Shown here in pieces: positions 25,936 through 38,990 of a stretch of DNA of 64,000 nucleotides. The translations under genes and the position numbers were made by a program. The DNA is taken from positions 74,717,740 to 74,781,739 of the forward strand of contig NC_068987.1 in assembly GCF_001194135.2 (NCBI RefSeq), written 5' to 3'. The notes beneath the pieces are model-generated. The model saw nothing but the letters and a program-made list of their open reading frames with translations, did no database searches and was not told the origin of the DNA. Position 1 is the first letter of the stretch. Each line of letters opens with the position of its first letter. The DNA is from Octopus bimaculoides (taxonomy: Eukaryota).

Positions 25936-26807
25936 TTGAACCTGGTTTCAAATTGGTCTGTTATTTCATTGTCCTAAGGATGTTAAGCAAAGTTAAGCTG
26001 AGCTGGATTTGAAAAAATCTAAAAGGGATTCTGCCATTCATTGCATTTGACTGTTTGGTACACATAAGTTTGCCATGTGGTTTGGGATTCAGTCCTCTAC
26101 CATAACATTGAGATCAGTGTTAATGTAAGTGAAATTTAGTTACAGGAAGTTTGTCATGTGTGTTTATTGGGGTACTGTAGGGGTAGTCTTCATATTAGCA
26201 TTGCTTCAACAGTGACATGGTTTGGGTCTTCCATAAACAAGTCATCAGCTAACAGTTCACTGTGCAAATGTGTGGGACTATAGTACTTCACTTGAAAAAA
26301 CAGGAAAGGTTAGTGTCAAGAAGAGCACCCAGGCATGAGCTTATGGCTGATAATGTTGAGAATATACTTTTGCCACTGTGGGTAATACTTATTAATTTTT
26401 ACATTTTTTTTTTTTTAAATTTCATGCTACTTATACACATGTTTGAAATTAATTCACATTTTCAAAATAAAAAGTTTTAAACTGAAATAGAAATAAAGTA
26501 AATTTCTCATTTGTATAGTTGCAATAAATATATGTTATTAATAACAATAATAATTATTTAGCAATTAAATACTTAGAGATGTAACTTATTAAATCCATAT
26601 AAGCTAGTAATAACATTTTTCATAGTGTGACCTGTCACTAGTAACGGTGTGTGTTTGTGTACAGGTATGTTTGTATGTATGTGCATTAATATATGGATGG
26701 TTTTTAGGGGAGTCAGTGGTTGACAATACAGATGCTTTCAGCTTATAAAAATGTAGAGTTCCCCCTCAGTAGTGACCATAATCATGCATAGATATATAAG
26801 ATACATA

Positions 26808-26975
26808 GACGCACAGGAATGGCTGTGTGGTAAGAAGCTTGCTTCCCAACCACATGGGTTCGGGTTCGGTGCCACGCAGTGGGACCTTGGGCAAGTGTCT
26901 TCTACTATAGCCTTGGGCCAACCAAAGCCTTGTGAGTGGATTTGGTACACGGAAACTGAAAGAAGCCTGTCGTAG
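26808..26975 (+). mobile_element. SINE family A; its 3' module probably continues after the gap (27342-27440)
   Basis: Near-consensus head and core ending in (AT)n; after the gap comes aataagtcctggagtcaatttgttcaactaaa..cagtcaaaatgactgaaacaagtaaa. Confidence 0.85.
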
Positions 26976-29574
26976 ACATATGCATATATATATATATATA
27001 TATATATATANNNNNNNNNNNNNNNNNNNNNNNNNNNNNNNNNNNNNNNNNNNNNNNNNNNNNNNNNNNNNNNNNNNNNNNNNNNNNNNNNNNNNNNNNN
27101 NNNNNNNNNNNNNNNNNNNNNNNNNNNNNNNNNNNNNNNNNNNNNNNNNNNNNNNNNNNNNNNNNNNNNNNNNNNNNNNNNNNNNNNNNNNNNNNNNNNN
27201 NNNNNNNNNNNNNNNNNNNNNNNNNNNNNNNNNNNNNNNNNNNNNNNNNNNNNNNNNNNNNNNNNNNNNNNNNNNNNNNNNNNNNNNNNNNNNNNNNNNN
27301 NNNNNNNNNNNNNNNNNNNNNNNNNNNNNNNNNNNNNNNNNGTAACAGAGATCAATAGAATAAGTCCTGGAGTCAATTTGTTCAACTAAAGATGGTACTC
27401 CAGCATGACCACAGTCAAAATGACTGAAACAAGTAAAGGAATATACATAAATGCACACACACACACACACTCACAATGTGTTGTGAGTAATAGTATGTAT
27501 TTAATGGGTACAGCAGTTACTTATGCTCACACATAAACACACACATTTCTACCCATTACCCACCCACATTTAAAAATAAAAAGAAGAGAAAGAAACTGTA
27601 AATCTGATAGCCCACCCATAGAATATCTAATCTACACATGGACTCATGCACACACAAAACGCACCCTAAAATTATTTGTAATATTCGAAAAAGAAGGAGA
27701 ACTTCCTAAATTCCCTTTAGGAGAAGGATTGGGTTTTATTTTTTAAACATTTTTGTTTTATATATTTAAAATATGGGTTGATAAGAGTGAAATGTGGACA
27801 GGTACGTATGTGCATATACACATATGTGGATGGGCAGAATAAGGTAAATATATAAATAAGAGGTGATGTACTTGTTTTACACCTGCTTGAAAAACAAAAT
27901 TTCACCCCAACCACAAAAATTAGAATTTTGAAAACTCAAATATGAAATTAAGACCATAATTTTTAATTGGAAAATGTATAAGAAAAATAGAAAATAAGTG
28001 GAAAATTAAAATTGATCTATATATCTATTCAATTATATATGTATGGAAAATGGACATTAAATTATGATATACACACACACACATATATANNNNNNNNNNN
28101 NNNNNNNNNNNNNNNNNNNNNNNNNNNNNNNNNNNNNNNNNNNNNNNNNNNNNNNNNNNNNNNNNNNNNNNNNNNNNNNNNNNNNNNNNNNNNNNNNNNN
28201 NNNNNNNNNNNNNNNNNNNNNNNNNNNNNNNNNNNNNNNNNNNNNNNNNNNNNNNNNNNNNNNNNNNNNNNNNNNNNNNNNNNNNNNNNNNNNNNNNNNN
28301 NNNNNNNNNNNNNNNNNNNNNNNNNNNNNNNNNNNNNNNNNNNNNNNNNNNNNNNNNNNNNNNNNNNNNNNNNNNNNNNNNNNNNNNNNNNNNNNNNNNN
28401 NNNNNNNNNNNNNNNNNNNNNNNNNNNNNNNNNNNNNNNNNNNNNNNNNNNNNNNNNNNNNNNNNNNNNNNNNNNNNNNNNNNNNNNNNNNNNNNNNNNN
28501 NNNNNNNNNNNNNNNNNNNNNNNNNNNNNNNNNNNNNNNNNNNNNNNNNNNNNNNNNNNNNNNNNNNNNNNNNNNNNNNNNNNNNNNNNNNNNNNNNNNN
28601 NNNNNNNNNNNNNNNNNNNNNNNNNNNNNNNNNNNNNNNNNNNNNNNNNNNNNNNNNNNNNNNNNNNNNNNNNNNNNNNNNNNNNNNNNNNNNNNNNNNN
28701 NNNNNNNNNNNNNNNNNNNNNNNNNNNNNNNNNNNNNNNNNNNNNNNNNNNNNNNNNNNNNNNNNNNNAGTCTTCAGCAGGCCACCCACTAAATTAGTTC
28801 CCCTCCTCCACAGACACACACATACATTTGTGTATGTGTATACAAACTTGATTCCCTTCGCCTCCCCACTACCACCAACCATGCAACTCCACCACCCTCT
28901 CCTCTTCTTCATCTTCACCCAGATTCCAACTCTCTCAACCACTACCTCCCATTACTCACTTACACCCCCAGGGCCCAGTGAAGTAAGTTATAGCTGTCAG
29001 ATGAACAAACCCCACCTCTCTCTCTCCAACTTTTGTAATTTCCTATCAATTTACTTGTGTTTATTCTTTTTACCCCCTCTCACCCACTTCAGACACAACA
29101 CACATGTGTCTTCATCTTTTTCCTCTTCTTACCCCCCTCCAATCCCAATTATCTTTTTTCTTTTTGTCATTTTTTTTCTTAACAAAGCAATAGATTGTGT
29201 GTGGATGCATGTGTGTATATGTATGCATGTGTATGTTTCTGTGTGTATATATTTATATATAGAGAGATATACATGTATGTATGTATATGAATGTTTAATA
29301 CATTATGATAGATATATATACACATGAACACATAGCCATGACCTTCTCTTTATTGGTGGGTTGGTCAACTTAGCTTACAAATAAAAAAAAAAACAATACC
29401 AATGTTGGAAATCAATGGAATTAAATGTCATCTATATAATTCCACTTTTCACCTTAAAAATCCCAACACAAGCCTTTCACACCTGTGTATGCCTTACCAT
29501 TTTGTGATCCAATATGGAATCTTGATCTGAAAAAAAAAAAACAGCAACCTGTAAGAATACATTGGTTATTTATT

Positions 29575-29770
29575 ATCATCATTTTACATCCATTTTCTAT
29601 GTTGGCATGGGTTGGATAGCTTGACAGGAGCTGGCAAGACCAGGGGCCACTCCAAGTTCCATAATCTGTTCTGGTATGGTTTCTACGACTGGATGCCCTT
29701 CCTAGTGCCAACCACTTTACACAGTATACTGTGTACATTTTACATGGCACCAGCACCAGAGTCGTTGTAA
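29575..29770 (-). mobile_element. SINE family D copy
   Basis: atcatcattttacatccattttctatgttggcatgggttgga..ggatgcccttcctagtgccaaccact. Confidence 0.7.
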
Positions 29771-30061
29771 TCATAAATATGCAAACAAATGGAAGTCACA
29801 GTCAGTTTGTCTTTGATCATATAAGTCTGCAGAATCAGGAATGGCCTAGGTTTGTAATTTTAGGTGGGAGACTTATTCTATTACTTGTTTTAGTAACACC
29901 TGCCTTTAGTTGAGCAGACTCTGCTACTATTGAGTAAACTCTGTTCACTTCCTTTGAATACTCTCAGACACTCTAAAAAAGGGTTAGAAAGGTACCTTCA
30001 TCCGTTGACTAAAATCATTATAAATAAAACAAAATAAAATAGGATGAAATTAATTACTTAA

Positions 30062-30342
30062 CCCATTTCCTCCCATAATTCTATTAACTGGAATTTTTTT
30101 TATGAAACTTTGATTTCTAGCATAAAACAGCCTTAGAAACACACTGGAATGATCAAAATAACATTTTAAATAGAAATAAGTGAGATATTGGGTGAAAAAT
30201 TAGCAAACCTCCTTTGAATATCAGAGAAATATACCTAGTAGATATAGCGAGAAGGTTAGATATGTGTAAATATTGACAGATAATTACAACAAAATTTGTA
30301 ATTTTTAAGTGATCTCATATGAGATCACTGGTAGGTAATGGG
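30062..30342. mobile_element. TTAA-flanked CCC...GGG MITE (piggyBac-like, second family)
   Basis: TTAA|CCCATTTCCTCCCA ... TGGTAGGTAATGGG|TTAA, with a perfect subterminal 22-bp palindrome AGTGATCTCATATGAGATCACT at 30308-30329. Confidence 0.75.
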
Positions 30343-31564
30343 TTAAGCAAGCTTATCATATTTGACCGTATATAACTTGAATTCCATATAAAATGTTTCC
30401 TTCCGTCTCAAGGTAACACCTTAGTGCTACAGATAAAACATTTTATAGCTTTAATCAAAAGAAGAATTTCATTGGTGCCCTCTGGTTTAAACTGCAGCAG
30501 TTTTGCCCAATAAGCAAGCATTGTGTGGTTGTTTCTTTCTATGAGATTGTTGTTGTACTTCATCCTCAAATTGGTTACAAATCTAAAAGCTGTCTAGTGC
30601 TGTTTTGGATGTGTCTGTAACTGGGTGGGGATGTAGAATATTGGGTTCAAATCCTGCAAGCAGCCTTCAACTTTTTCCATCCAAGGGGTTTTTCAATATA
30701 CATAATGTTCATTAGTTTCCTTCTAGTGTTGCCTTCTTCATTGCATGTGTATACCTGTGGCATAACCATAGTTATGAGGAGTTAGAGAGGGAATGATGAC
30801 TGTTATTACAAGAAACGATGCATGATTGAATCCAGAGGCTGGTTCTTTGAATTCAAATATGTACCATTATATATGTATGCATACATATGTTTGTGCAGAA
30901 ATAAACATACATACATGTAGACATAAATACACACAACATGTATTCTTACAAATACATCATAATTCATCTCAAAATGAAGCAAAGTTCAATAAAAAACCAA
31001 GATTATTCTATACAAAACAAATGTGATTGATACCTTAAATCCAGGACAATGCATGTTTAGTTCTGCAAATAAGATATGCTGTCTGTATGTTTATTATTAA
31101 TTAAAGAATGTAAGTGTTTCATTTATTACCTCCTCAGTCTCTGTTAACAACATTCATTTATTACTTTCACTGTTAGTCTCAACAGCATTTTGTGATGAAA
31201 TTTTACCAACATTTTTCATTGCAAAATCATGATTAACTTCAAACAGTGAAACCGGTTGGACACATGAACACTCTTTGTTTCCATCATAATGATTTCAATG
31301 CATTTTCTGTTCCCAAATAATAAATAATAAATTAATTCATTTTTCTGGAAGGGCAGTGCCTGTTGTATTGTCAAGGAATTTTAGGTGGGTGAGATGGATG
31401 GAGGGAGATATTCGAAAACCAGAGACTTAACCCGATTGCTTGCGATACAGAGTGGACACAATATACCGGAATAAGCATATACTGTAGCATACAATAATGT
31501 ACATCATAATATTTACAAGTAATACACTATAAAACACAGTAATATATACAATAATATATAAGTT

Positions 31565-31990
31565 TTTCTACTATAAGCACAAGTCCTGAAATTTTGTGGG
31601 AGACGGTTAGTCGATTACATAGACCCTAGTGCTCAACCAATACCTAATTTATCGATCCCTAGAGGATGAAAGAAAAAACTGACCTCAGCAAGTATTTCAG
31701 CTCAACATAAATCCTAAAGAAATGCCACAAAGCATTTGGTTCTGTGTGCTAATAATTCTGCTAGTTCACTGCCTTAACAATATATAATACTAAAATTACA
31801 AACAAAATACAACTATTTTTACAGTAGTAATCCTTTCTACTATAGGCACAAGGTCTGAAATTTTGTGGGGAGGGGACCAGTCGATTGCATCAACCCCAGT
31901 GCATAACTGGTACTTATTTTATTGACCCCAAAAGGATGAAAGACTAACTTAACCTTGGCAGAATTTGAACTCAGAACATAATTATAGACG
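31565..31990 (-). mobile_element. Two SINE family B copies (~31565-31780 and ~31835-31990)
   Basis: taagcacaagtcctgaaattttg..gtcgattacat..atttatcgatcc..ggatgaaag occurs twice. Confidence 0.75.
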
Positions 31991-32039
31991 AAATGTTCTT
32001 AAGCAGACCTTTCATGATGTCAAGAATTTTCAGCACCCC

Positions 32040-32392
32040 CCAACCACATTGTTCCAGGTTCATTCCCACTGAGTCGCACCTTGGGCAAGTGTCTTCTACT
32101 ATAGCCTCAGGCTGACCAAAGTCTTGAGTGGATTTGGTAGACGGAAACTCAAAGAAGCCTGTCGTATATATGTGTATGTTTGTGTCTGTGTTTGTGCCCC
32201 AACATCGCTTGACAACCGATACTGGTGTGCTTACGTCCCTGTAACTTAGCGGTTTGGCAAAAGAGACCGATAAAATAAGTACTAGGCTTCCGAAGAATAA
32301 GTCCTGGGGTCGATTTGCTCGACTAAAGGCAATTCTCCAGCAAGGCTGCAGTCAAATGACTGAAACAAGTAAAAGAGTAAATAGTAAAGAGT
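32040..32392 (+). mobile_element. SINE family A long form (core, microsatellite, 3' module)
   Basis: Collinear with 59536-59886 and 62865-63200, and with the minus-strand copies at 54095 and 55005. Confidence 0.85.
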
Positions 32393-32426
32393 ATATATAT
32401 ATATATATGTGATGAACTTTTTTCAC

Positions 32427-32567
32427 TTTCCATCTACCAAATCCACTCACATGGCTTTAGTCAGCCTGGGGCTATAGTAGAGACACTTGCCCAAGACGCC
32501 ACGCAGTGGGATTGAACTCAAAGCCATATGGTTTGAAAACAGACTTAATACCACACAGTCACAGCTG
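32427..32567 (-). mobile_element. SINE family A copy, inverted relative to the 32040 copy
   Basis: tttccatctaccaaatccactcac..gctatagtagagacacttgcccaag..cagtgggattgaac. Confidence 0.8.
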
Positions 32568-33097
32568 GACTACTTTTGATCATAGATCTGTCTGCTAAAT
32601 CAGGGCTGACTTTGGGCCAATCGGCAACTGCTTGAATTTAGAATCAATGAACCTCTACAGGTGGGTGGAATGCTGTTCGTTTTGCTGGAAATAGCAACCA
32701 AATCTACCGCAAATTGCATTTTGTATCTTGCTAATGAATTCATTGAATAATGTGGCCCAAGTACACTATGCCAAGAAAAAAGATGGGTTGATCACTTCTG
32801 GAGAGCCAACTACAGCTGGAATTTGATGAAAACAGTAAAGTTCCGGTTGCTTGGAAAAGAGCCGGATTTTGATGGGGAAGGAACAAATTGCATCTCTAGT
32901 TTGTGGGACGCAGAATTTCACACCCGTTACTACTCGTTAGGGCAGACAAAAGATAAGGATTCTCGTTCTGTTTTCTCTTTTGTGAGAGATATGCATACAT
33001 ACATACATATTGTCATTTACTGACCGTTTTCTACACTGGCATGGGTTGGACTCTGTGCATGTGTACATACACATACGTACATGTGTATATATTTTAT

Positions 33098-33153
<56 letters not shown>

Positions 33154-33199
33154 AGAGAGAGCGAGGAGAGGAGGAGCAAGGCATCTATACACTCAAACT

Positions 33200-34338
33200 T
33201 ATTTAACTTGTTTGTGTGTGTGCGTGTGTGTATACGCATACACACACGCACTCACACACTCTATGTATGTGTATGTTCTATAAACCCTTCACCTCTCTAG
33301 CTTGAAACAGGGACACATGGTAAATTGCTAAGCACTACCGCTGCCACCACCACTACCACACTATCATTACTCTTTTAGATATCTCTGTCTCTTCTCCCAC
33401 TCGGCTCTCATTTTCTCTCTCTCTTTCCCTCTCTCCCGCTCTTTATCTCTCTGCTTTACCCTCACTTTGCCCCTCTGTATGTGAACCGCAAGGTTTTGCC
33501 GTGTGCTATATAGCTTTACTTTTTAAACAACACTATAATGTTTTGGCTTGGCTATCTTGCTAGCTGCTGCTGTTGATGATGACGACGACGGCGGTGGTGG
33601 TGGTAGTATGTATATCATAGTGTTTCTGCTTGTGTGTGGTGATGTTAAAGTTATGTATATCATGGTGTATAGTGATGATGTTGGTGGTATGTGTGTGCGT
33701 GTGTGTATATATATATATCGTGTGCGTATGTGATGATGCTAAGCATATCGTAAGACTGCGTGTGTGTGTGCGCGCGCATAGCGATGTTGTGTATGTATGG
33801 TGATGGTACTACTGTGTTTATGAGTGTTTGGCATGTATATATATATATATATATTGTGTGTGTGTGCCTGTTAGTAGTGCTGTGTATGTATCATGTGTAT
33901 GTTTTGTGTGTGGTATGATATAAGTATTCCAGCTATGTGAAGTTGTTTAGCTGCTTACCCTAACTAACCAGCAGGAAGGACCTCCCAGAAGCAGAGGTGT
34001 GGTTCTCGCCCGCCGCCACCACCACCACCTCTCTCTCCTTTCTTTCTCTCTTTTACAAACTAACATTCAAACAAAATAACAAAATAGAATCAATATATAT
34101 ATAAATTTGGGACAGGGAAGTTGAATTAAAATAGGATCGTGTGTGGAAGAGTGAGGCGGGGAGGTGGAGTGGGGAAACAGTCTTCAACTAACTAGAATGG
34201 TAATTTAGTATGTATGTATGCATGTGTGTATGTATGGATGTTCGTATGTATGTATGTAACGTATTCTCATCTGAACAGGGGTTTGTCCATAGGCCTTACT
34301 TAGCCATATAGACACTCACATGCTTCCTCCTCCTCCTC

Positions 34339-34378
<40 letters not shown>

Positions 34379-34950
34379 GCGCGCGCACAAACATCTCCCT
34401 CGGTCAAATTTACCCAATGCCGTTTTAACACACGGGCACACTGCGCAGTTGTCCGGGGTCCGCACGGGCCTACGGGCCTAATTCTGATCTATTTATGCTG
34501 TGGCTTGCTGTCAATACAATTCACACTAGAGTCCATTGCACTGACATTGCGCGCACGCGCTTACACATACACAAACAACCGGTGGAGGCTAATATAATAC
34601 TTGCTAGCTAAGGACGGTCCTAAGTTTACCTAAATAAAAATATGTATGTACACACGCACGCGCGCATGGATGTATGTGAATCTTTTCTACTTTCATGCCA
34701 ACGCAGACACTTGTGTTGTATGAACTTGCACCCCACACAGACACATTAATGTGTCTGTCTCTTCGTCTACGTAGAAGAGTACATCCGAGTGAAGTTCAAC
34801 GTCCTAAGGTCAGCTTTTAGCCACTTCTACTCTTGTCTTCCCCTTTCAGTTTCCTTTCCATTTGGCTATCCTGGCAATTCTTTACTCAGCTGTTATCCTC
34901 CATATACCTCGTGTGTGCGTGCGTACATGTATTTACACATTGTCAAATCC
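33200..34950. promoter_or_regulatory. CpG-retaining island inside a CpG-depleted intron (candidate enhancer or alternative promoter)
   Basis: Hand count gives about 22 CpG in 34321-34680, against 1 CpG in 21001-22020. It also contains (CT)n tracts and a GACCTCCCA GLI-variant site at 33979. Confidence 0.4.
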
Positions 34951-35059
34951 ATACACGCGTGGAAAAGAGATGTTGATGATGATGATGACGATGGCAATGA
35001 CAATGATGATGGTGATACATTTAGTGCTACCCTCACCTATGGTTATTTACTGATATAAT

Positions 35060-35094
<35 letters not shown>

Positions 35095-36283
35095 TGACCT
35101 CATAAACACACACTCTTTTGCTCAGATGAACACACACACGCACATACACCTCACCCATTCCCTCATTTCTGTTATACACACCCGGCACTAGACGTACACC
35201 TCCTTTCCCTGTTTTAGTTGATAGTTTAGAAAGCAAATCTACACCATAAAACTCAAACACATAAACGAAACACAGGCACATACACACACACACACACGAT
35301 CACATGCACACATGTGAACGCATAAAACCATACATATGTAAACATATGTGTAAGTATAGAAGTACTAATGCATTCTTACAAAACCTCATGCATAAACATA
35401 CATATATATAAACATCCACGTAACCACATACACAACCGCATATGCTTATATAAACCTCATGTAAACATTCAAGCACATACATAAGTGCATATGCATACAC
35501 ACACCCATTACATACATAAGTACATATAAACTTGCAGAAAATGTACATATACCTCCATGAATAAACATAGAGACACATATAAACAACACATATGCACATA
35601 CACTCACACACACACAGATGCATGCACATACACACCACAATACAAATTCTTGAGCAGAGAAAACAATGTTATTGATAGCCCTTTACTGAGATTTAGTTGA
35701 TGTGAAGACTGGTTCTTTAACAAGAGCTCTTACAAGTAGAACCTAGTGATATGGAATAAGCCTGCACCACCAGTCCCTCCAACTTCGTGGCAGCGGCAAC
35801 AGCAGTGGTGGTGGTGATGGTGGTGGGAGGGGAATTGCAAGAACTAAGCTCGCACACTGATGTAGATTGGGGTGGACTTAATCTGGCCTGGTGTGAGAGG
35901 ACAAAGGACTTGGTAATGTGGAGTAAACTTGCTCCTCCTCTCGGCCTCTGGACAGAGATGGTAGTGGGCACATAGTGGTAAAATCAAACTCTCTTATGTG
36001 GAGTGGAGCAGACTTAAGTCGAAGGTGAGTGTACAATGTGATTTTCATAGTTCATCATAGAGAGTCTGGAGAAAAACGAGTTTTATTTTAGCTTCTCTGT
36101 CTTCACTGCTAGAGTTGATGTTTTCTCTGTCTCTGCATCTCTCTCTTTAATTGGAGACTTACCCTTACAAGTGGTTACTGTGGATTATCTACATGTGGAT
36201 CCTGCTGGCTTTCAAAAAGCTATAAGTCTACTTGGTCTCAATGTCCCTTCACTCACAAATGTCCTTAGAACTAGTTGATTTAA

Positions 36284-36490
36284 CCCTTAAGCATTCAAAT
36301 TACTCTGTCAAATGCAATGCTTATCTATTCACATTGTCTTGAATTAATCATGCATTATCTCATGACTTCAAGATTCCAATAATGTGATTGTTTATTCTTA
36401 GGGTAGGTATGAGATGTTGGATCTGGTCAGTTCGAACATAAAGGACACAGAATATTTTGGCTGGATATGACCAGTTTAAATGCTAAAGAG
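36284..36490. mobile_element. TTAA-flanked piggyBac-like MITE
   Basis: TTAA|CCCTTAAGCATTCAAATTACT...CCAGTTTAAATGCTAAAGAG|TTAA. Confidence 0.75.
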
Positions 36491-37507
36491 TTAAGTAGCT
36501 GTGTGGGAGGAAACTTGGCAAAAAATGTTATTATCTGACCCTCATTTCGGGAATTGTATAGATTAGTAACTAAAGAGGTTAGTATCATTTTTGGGTGGTA
36601 GGGACACTGAACTGCATTTTTCAGAGAGCAGATTTGGAAAGGTGTGTCTAGCAGCTTGTCTTGTATAGTACTGATAGCATCATAAGCAATGACATGAGGT
36701 ATAGCATCAAGTACTGTAGATACAGAAAGCCTACTCCATCATCTTTTTATCATGATGACAATGATGATAATTGTGAGGATTTGTTAAGAAAGCATATAAT
36801 TGATTCATTTTACTGTGGTCCATTACTGGTACTCACCTTAAGTAAGAAGCAAATGAAATAAAGAAAGAAATTCAAATTGAATAGGATTTGAACTGAAAAT
36901 GTCAAGTGACTTTGAGCTTAAGAAAAATATCAAACAGTATAAAGCAATTGTCTCCATTCTTTTGTAGCCATGTAGCTTCTGTATAGCAAGAAACCTGTTC
37001 CAAACTCTCCTTTCCTACTTAAACCTGTCTCCAGTCAATGGGGATTTTAGCCTTGCAAACTACATGGTGACTTGTCTAATGTTGATACCATGAAAAAAGC
37101 ACAGTGATAATTTTAGGAAGGGCATTCAACTGTAGAAGCCATGCATGAGTAAAGGTATTAATGATTCTAACTTAGATACAATGCCATAAAGTTGTGGTTG
37201 TTGGTGTTGTTATTTAAATCAAGATCACTACTTGACTGGTATGTATTTCATTGGCCCCTAGAAAAATGAAGAGTAATGTAGATCCCAGTGGGCTCAGGGA
37301 CGTGTGAAAGGAAGAGACAAAGTTATCCTCAAGCTGTGATGGTTGCTTGAATATTCGCAACAGCTTAGACTCTTAAAGGAACCCAGGGGCCAGGTGGTGT
37401 TAAACCAAACAACAGAAGGATTTATTACTCAAAATATAAGTAATGAGTCAAATAATTAGGTATGATCCATGGATCCAGTGGTTCAGATACAGTGTATTCT
37501 TCTATTC

Positions 37508-37839
37508 TATAGGTTCTCAAAATGGGTGCTACCGCACCCCAGTGGGCATTGAGACAGTCCAGGTGGGCGCTGGTGCTTAAGGGGGCAGTGTGGGGGATGG
37601 TAGAGAAAAAGGAGGTGTTGGGAGGAAGGCAGTGAATTGGGGGACGCTATGAATTTATTATAATATTATTATAGTATTGTATACAAATTATATAATATAT
37701 TAAATATCAAATGATTCATAGTATATATAAATTAGTAAAATATGAAATATTTATTCACACATAAAAATAAGGGTGGAGGTACTGAGGGTATTATGTGGCC
37801 ATGAGGGTGGCAGTGGCCCAAAAAGTTTGAGAACCCTTG
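37508..37839. mobile_element. hAT-like MITE
   Basis: Ends TATAGGTTCTCAA / TTGAGAACCCTTG; 8-bp TSD TTCTATTC / TTCTGTTC (7/8 match). Confidence 0.6.
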
Positions 37840-38501
37840 TTCTGTTCGATTGTGGACCATACTGTGCAAGTTTATTACATGAAGGGCAGCATAATAGCTT
37901 AGACATTTTACACTTTTAGCTTGTTCTTGCATGCCTCTTGTTGAGGACATAGTGTAGCTCTGGGATAGTCTTGATTGAGCAGATGTATGATTACAGGCAT
38001 TCCAACCATGACCATCCTATCATTTTAGGAGTATGTGGCACTACATCAGTTAATGTAGTCCCTCATACTACATCACTGTCTTTTTAGGACAGTGGTTTGT
38101 GAAGTAAGAGAAATTTGGCTATTACTTCTAGCATGTCGATCTGCAATGACATCAAAGTCTCCTTATTGGCTCAATATTGTGGTAGTGTATGAATGTATCT
38201 TGTTATTTGAGGGTGACTGGTGGCTTGGACATGTTATACAGCAACTTGCTATGTTTCTCAAATATACAGATAGTCTTACATTTTAAGTATTCTTATCGGT
38301 ATAGGCTGCAATGGTTTTGAGATAATGCAAGGGTTTGCTGGTGATGGTGATGATGATTGGTAGAAGGTGATAGATTTTTAGTGGAGGAATATGGCTAAAT
38401 TGAATCTAGTATTTGTACTTTTTACTTGTGTTGGCATTCGACTAACAAAATTCACAATATCATGAACAGAAGATAATCACACTCTACATCAACAGAAATC
38501 T

Positions 38502-38726
38502 TATTTCTTTATTGCCCACAAAGGGTTAAGTATAGAGAGGACAAACAAGGACAGACAAAGTGATTAAGTCAATTACATCGACTCCAGTGCGTAACTGGTA
38601 CTTAATTTATCAACCCCAAAAGGCAAAGTCGACCTCGGCAGAATTTGAACTCAGAACGTAACGGCAGACGAAATACCGCTAAGCATTTCGCCCAGCGTGT
38701 TAACATTTCTGCCAGCTCACCTCCTT
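38502..38726 (-). mobile_element. SINE family B, full length, with imperfect TSD
   Basis: Flanked by ATCAACAGAAATCT (38488-38501) and ATCAACAGACATCT (38730-38743); A/B-box-like head in the reverse complement. Confidence 0.85.
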
Positions 38727-38788
38727 AATATCAACAGACATCTGATGTGAAGATCAACAGCCAGATATGATTCCAACAATGGACACTA

Positions 38789-38990
38789 TGATGGGGTGCT
38801 GAAGAGTTCCTGGCTTTGGATAAAAGAAAATACAGGAGGATCAGTTAATTAAAATTTTATTCAACATATTTCCCTCTCAGAGTCACACACTTATTGCAGT
38901 AGTCTTCCAGTTTCTTTTTAAGCTCTGTAAAAGAACTCAGAAGGTTGGGCCTCCAACCAGGCCTTTCACAATACCCTTAATCTTCTGGGA
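38789..38990 (-). mobile_element. Tc1/mariner terminal fragment
   Basis: TA followed by tgatggggtgctgaagagttcctggctt (TIR-like), then the reverse complement of a decayed transposase C-terminus (..KCV.LRG.YVE* pattern). Confidence 0.55.

Noticed and set aside
34610-34625. ACGGTCCTAAG resembling part of the I-CeuI homing site in rDNA
   Set aside because: Only an 11-nt match with no flanking rRNA similarity; likely chance.
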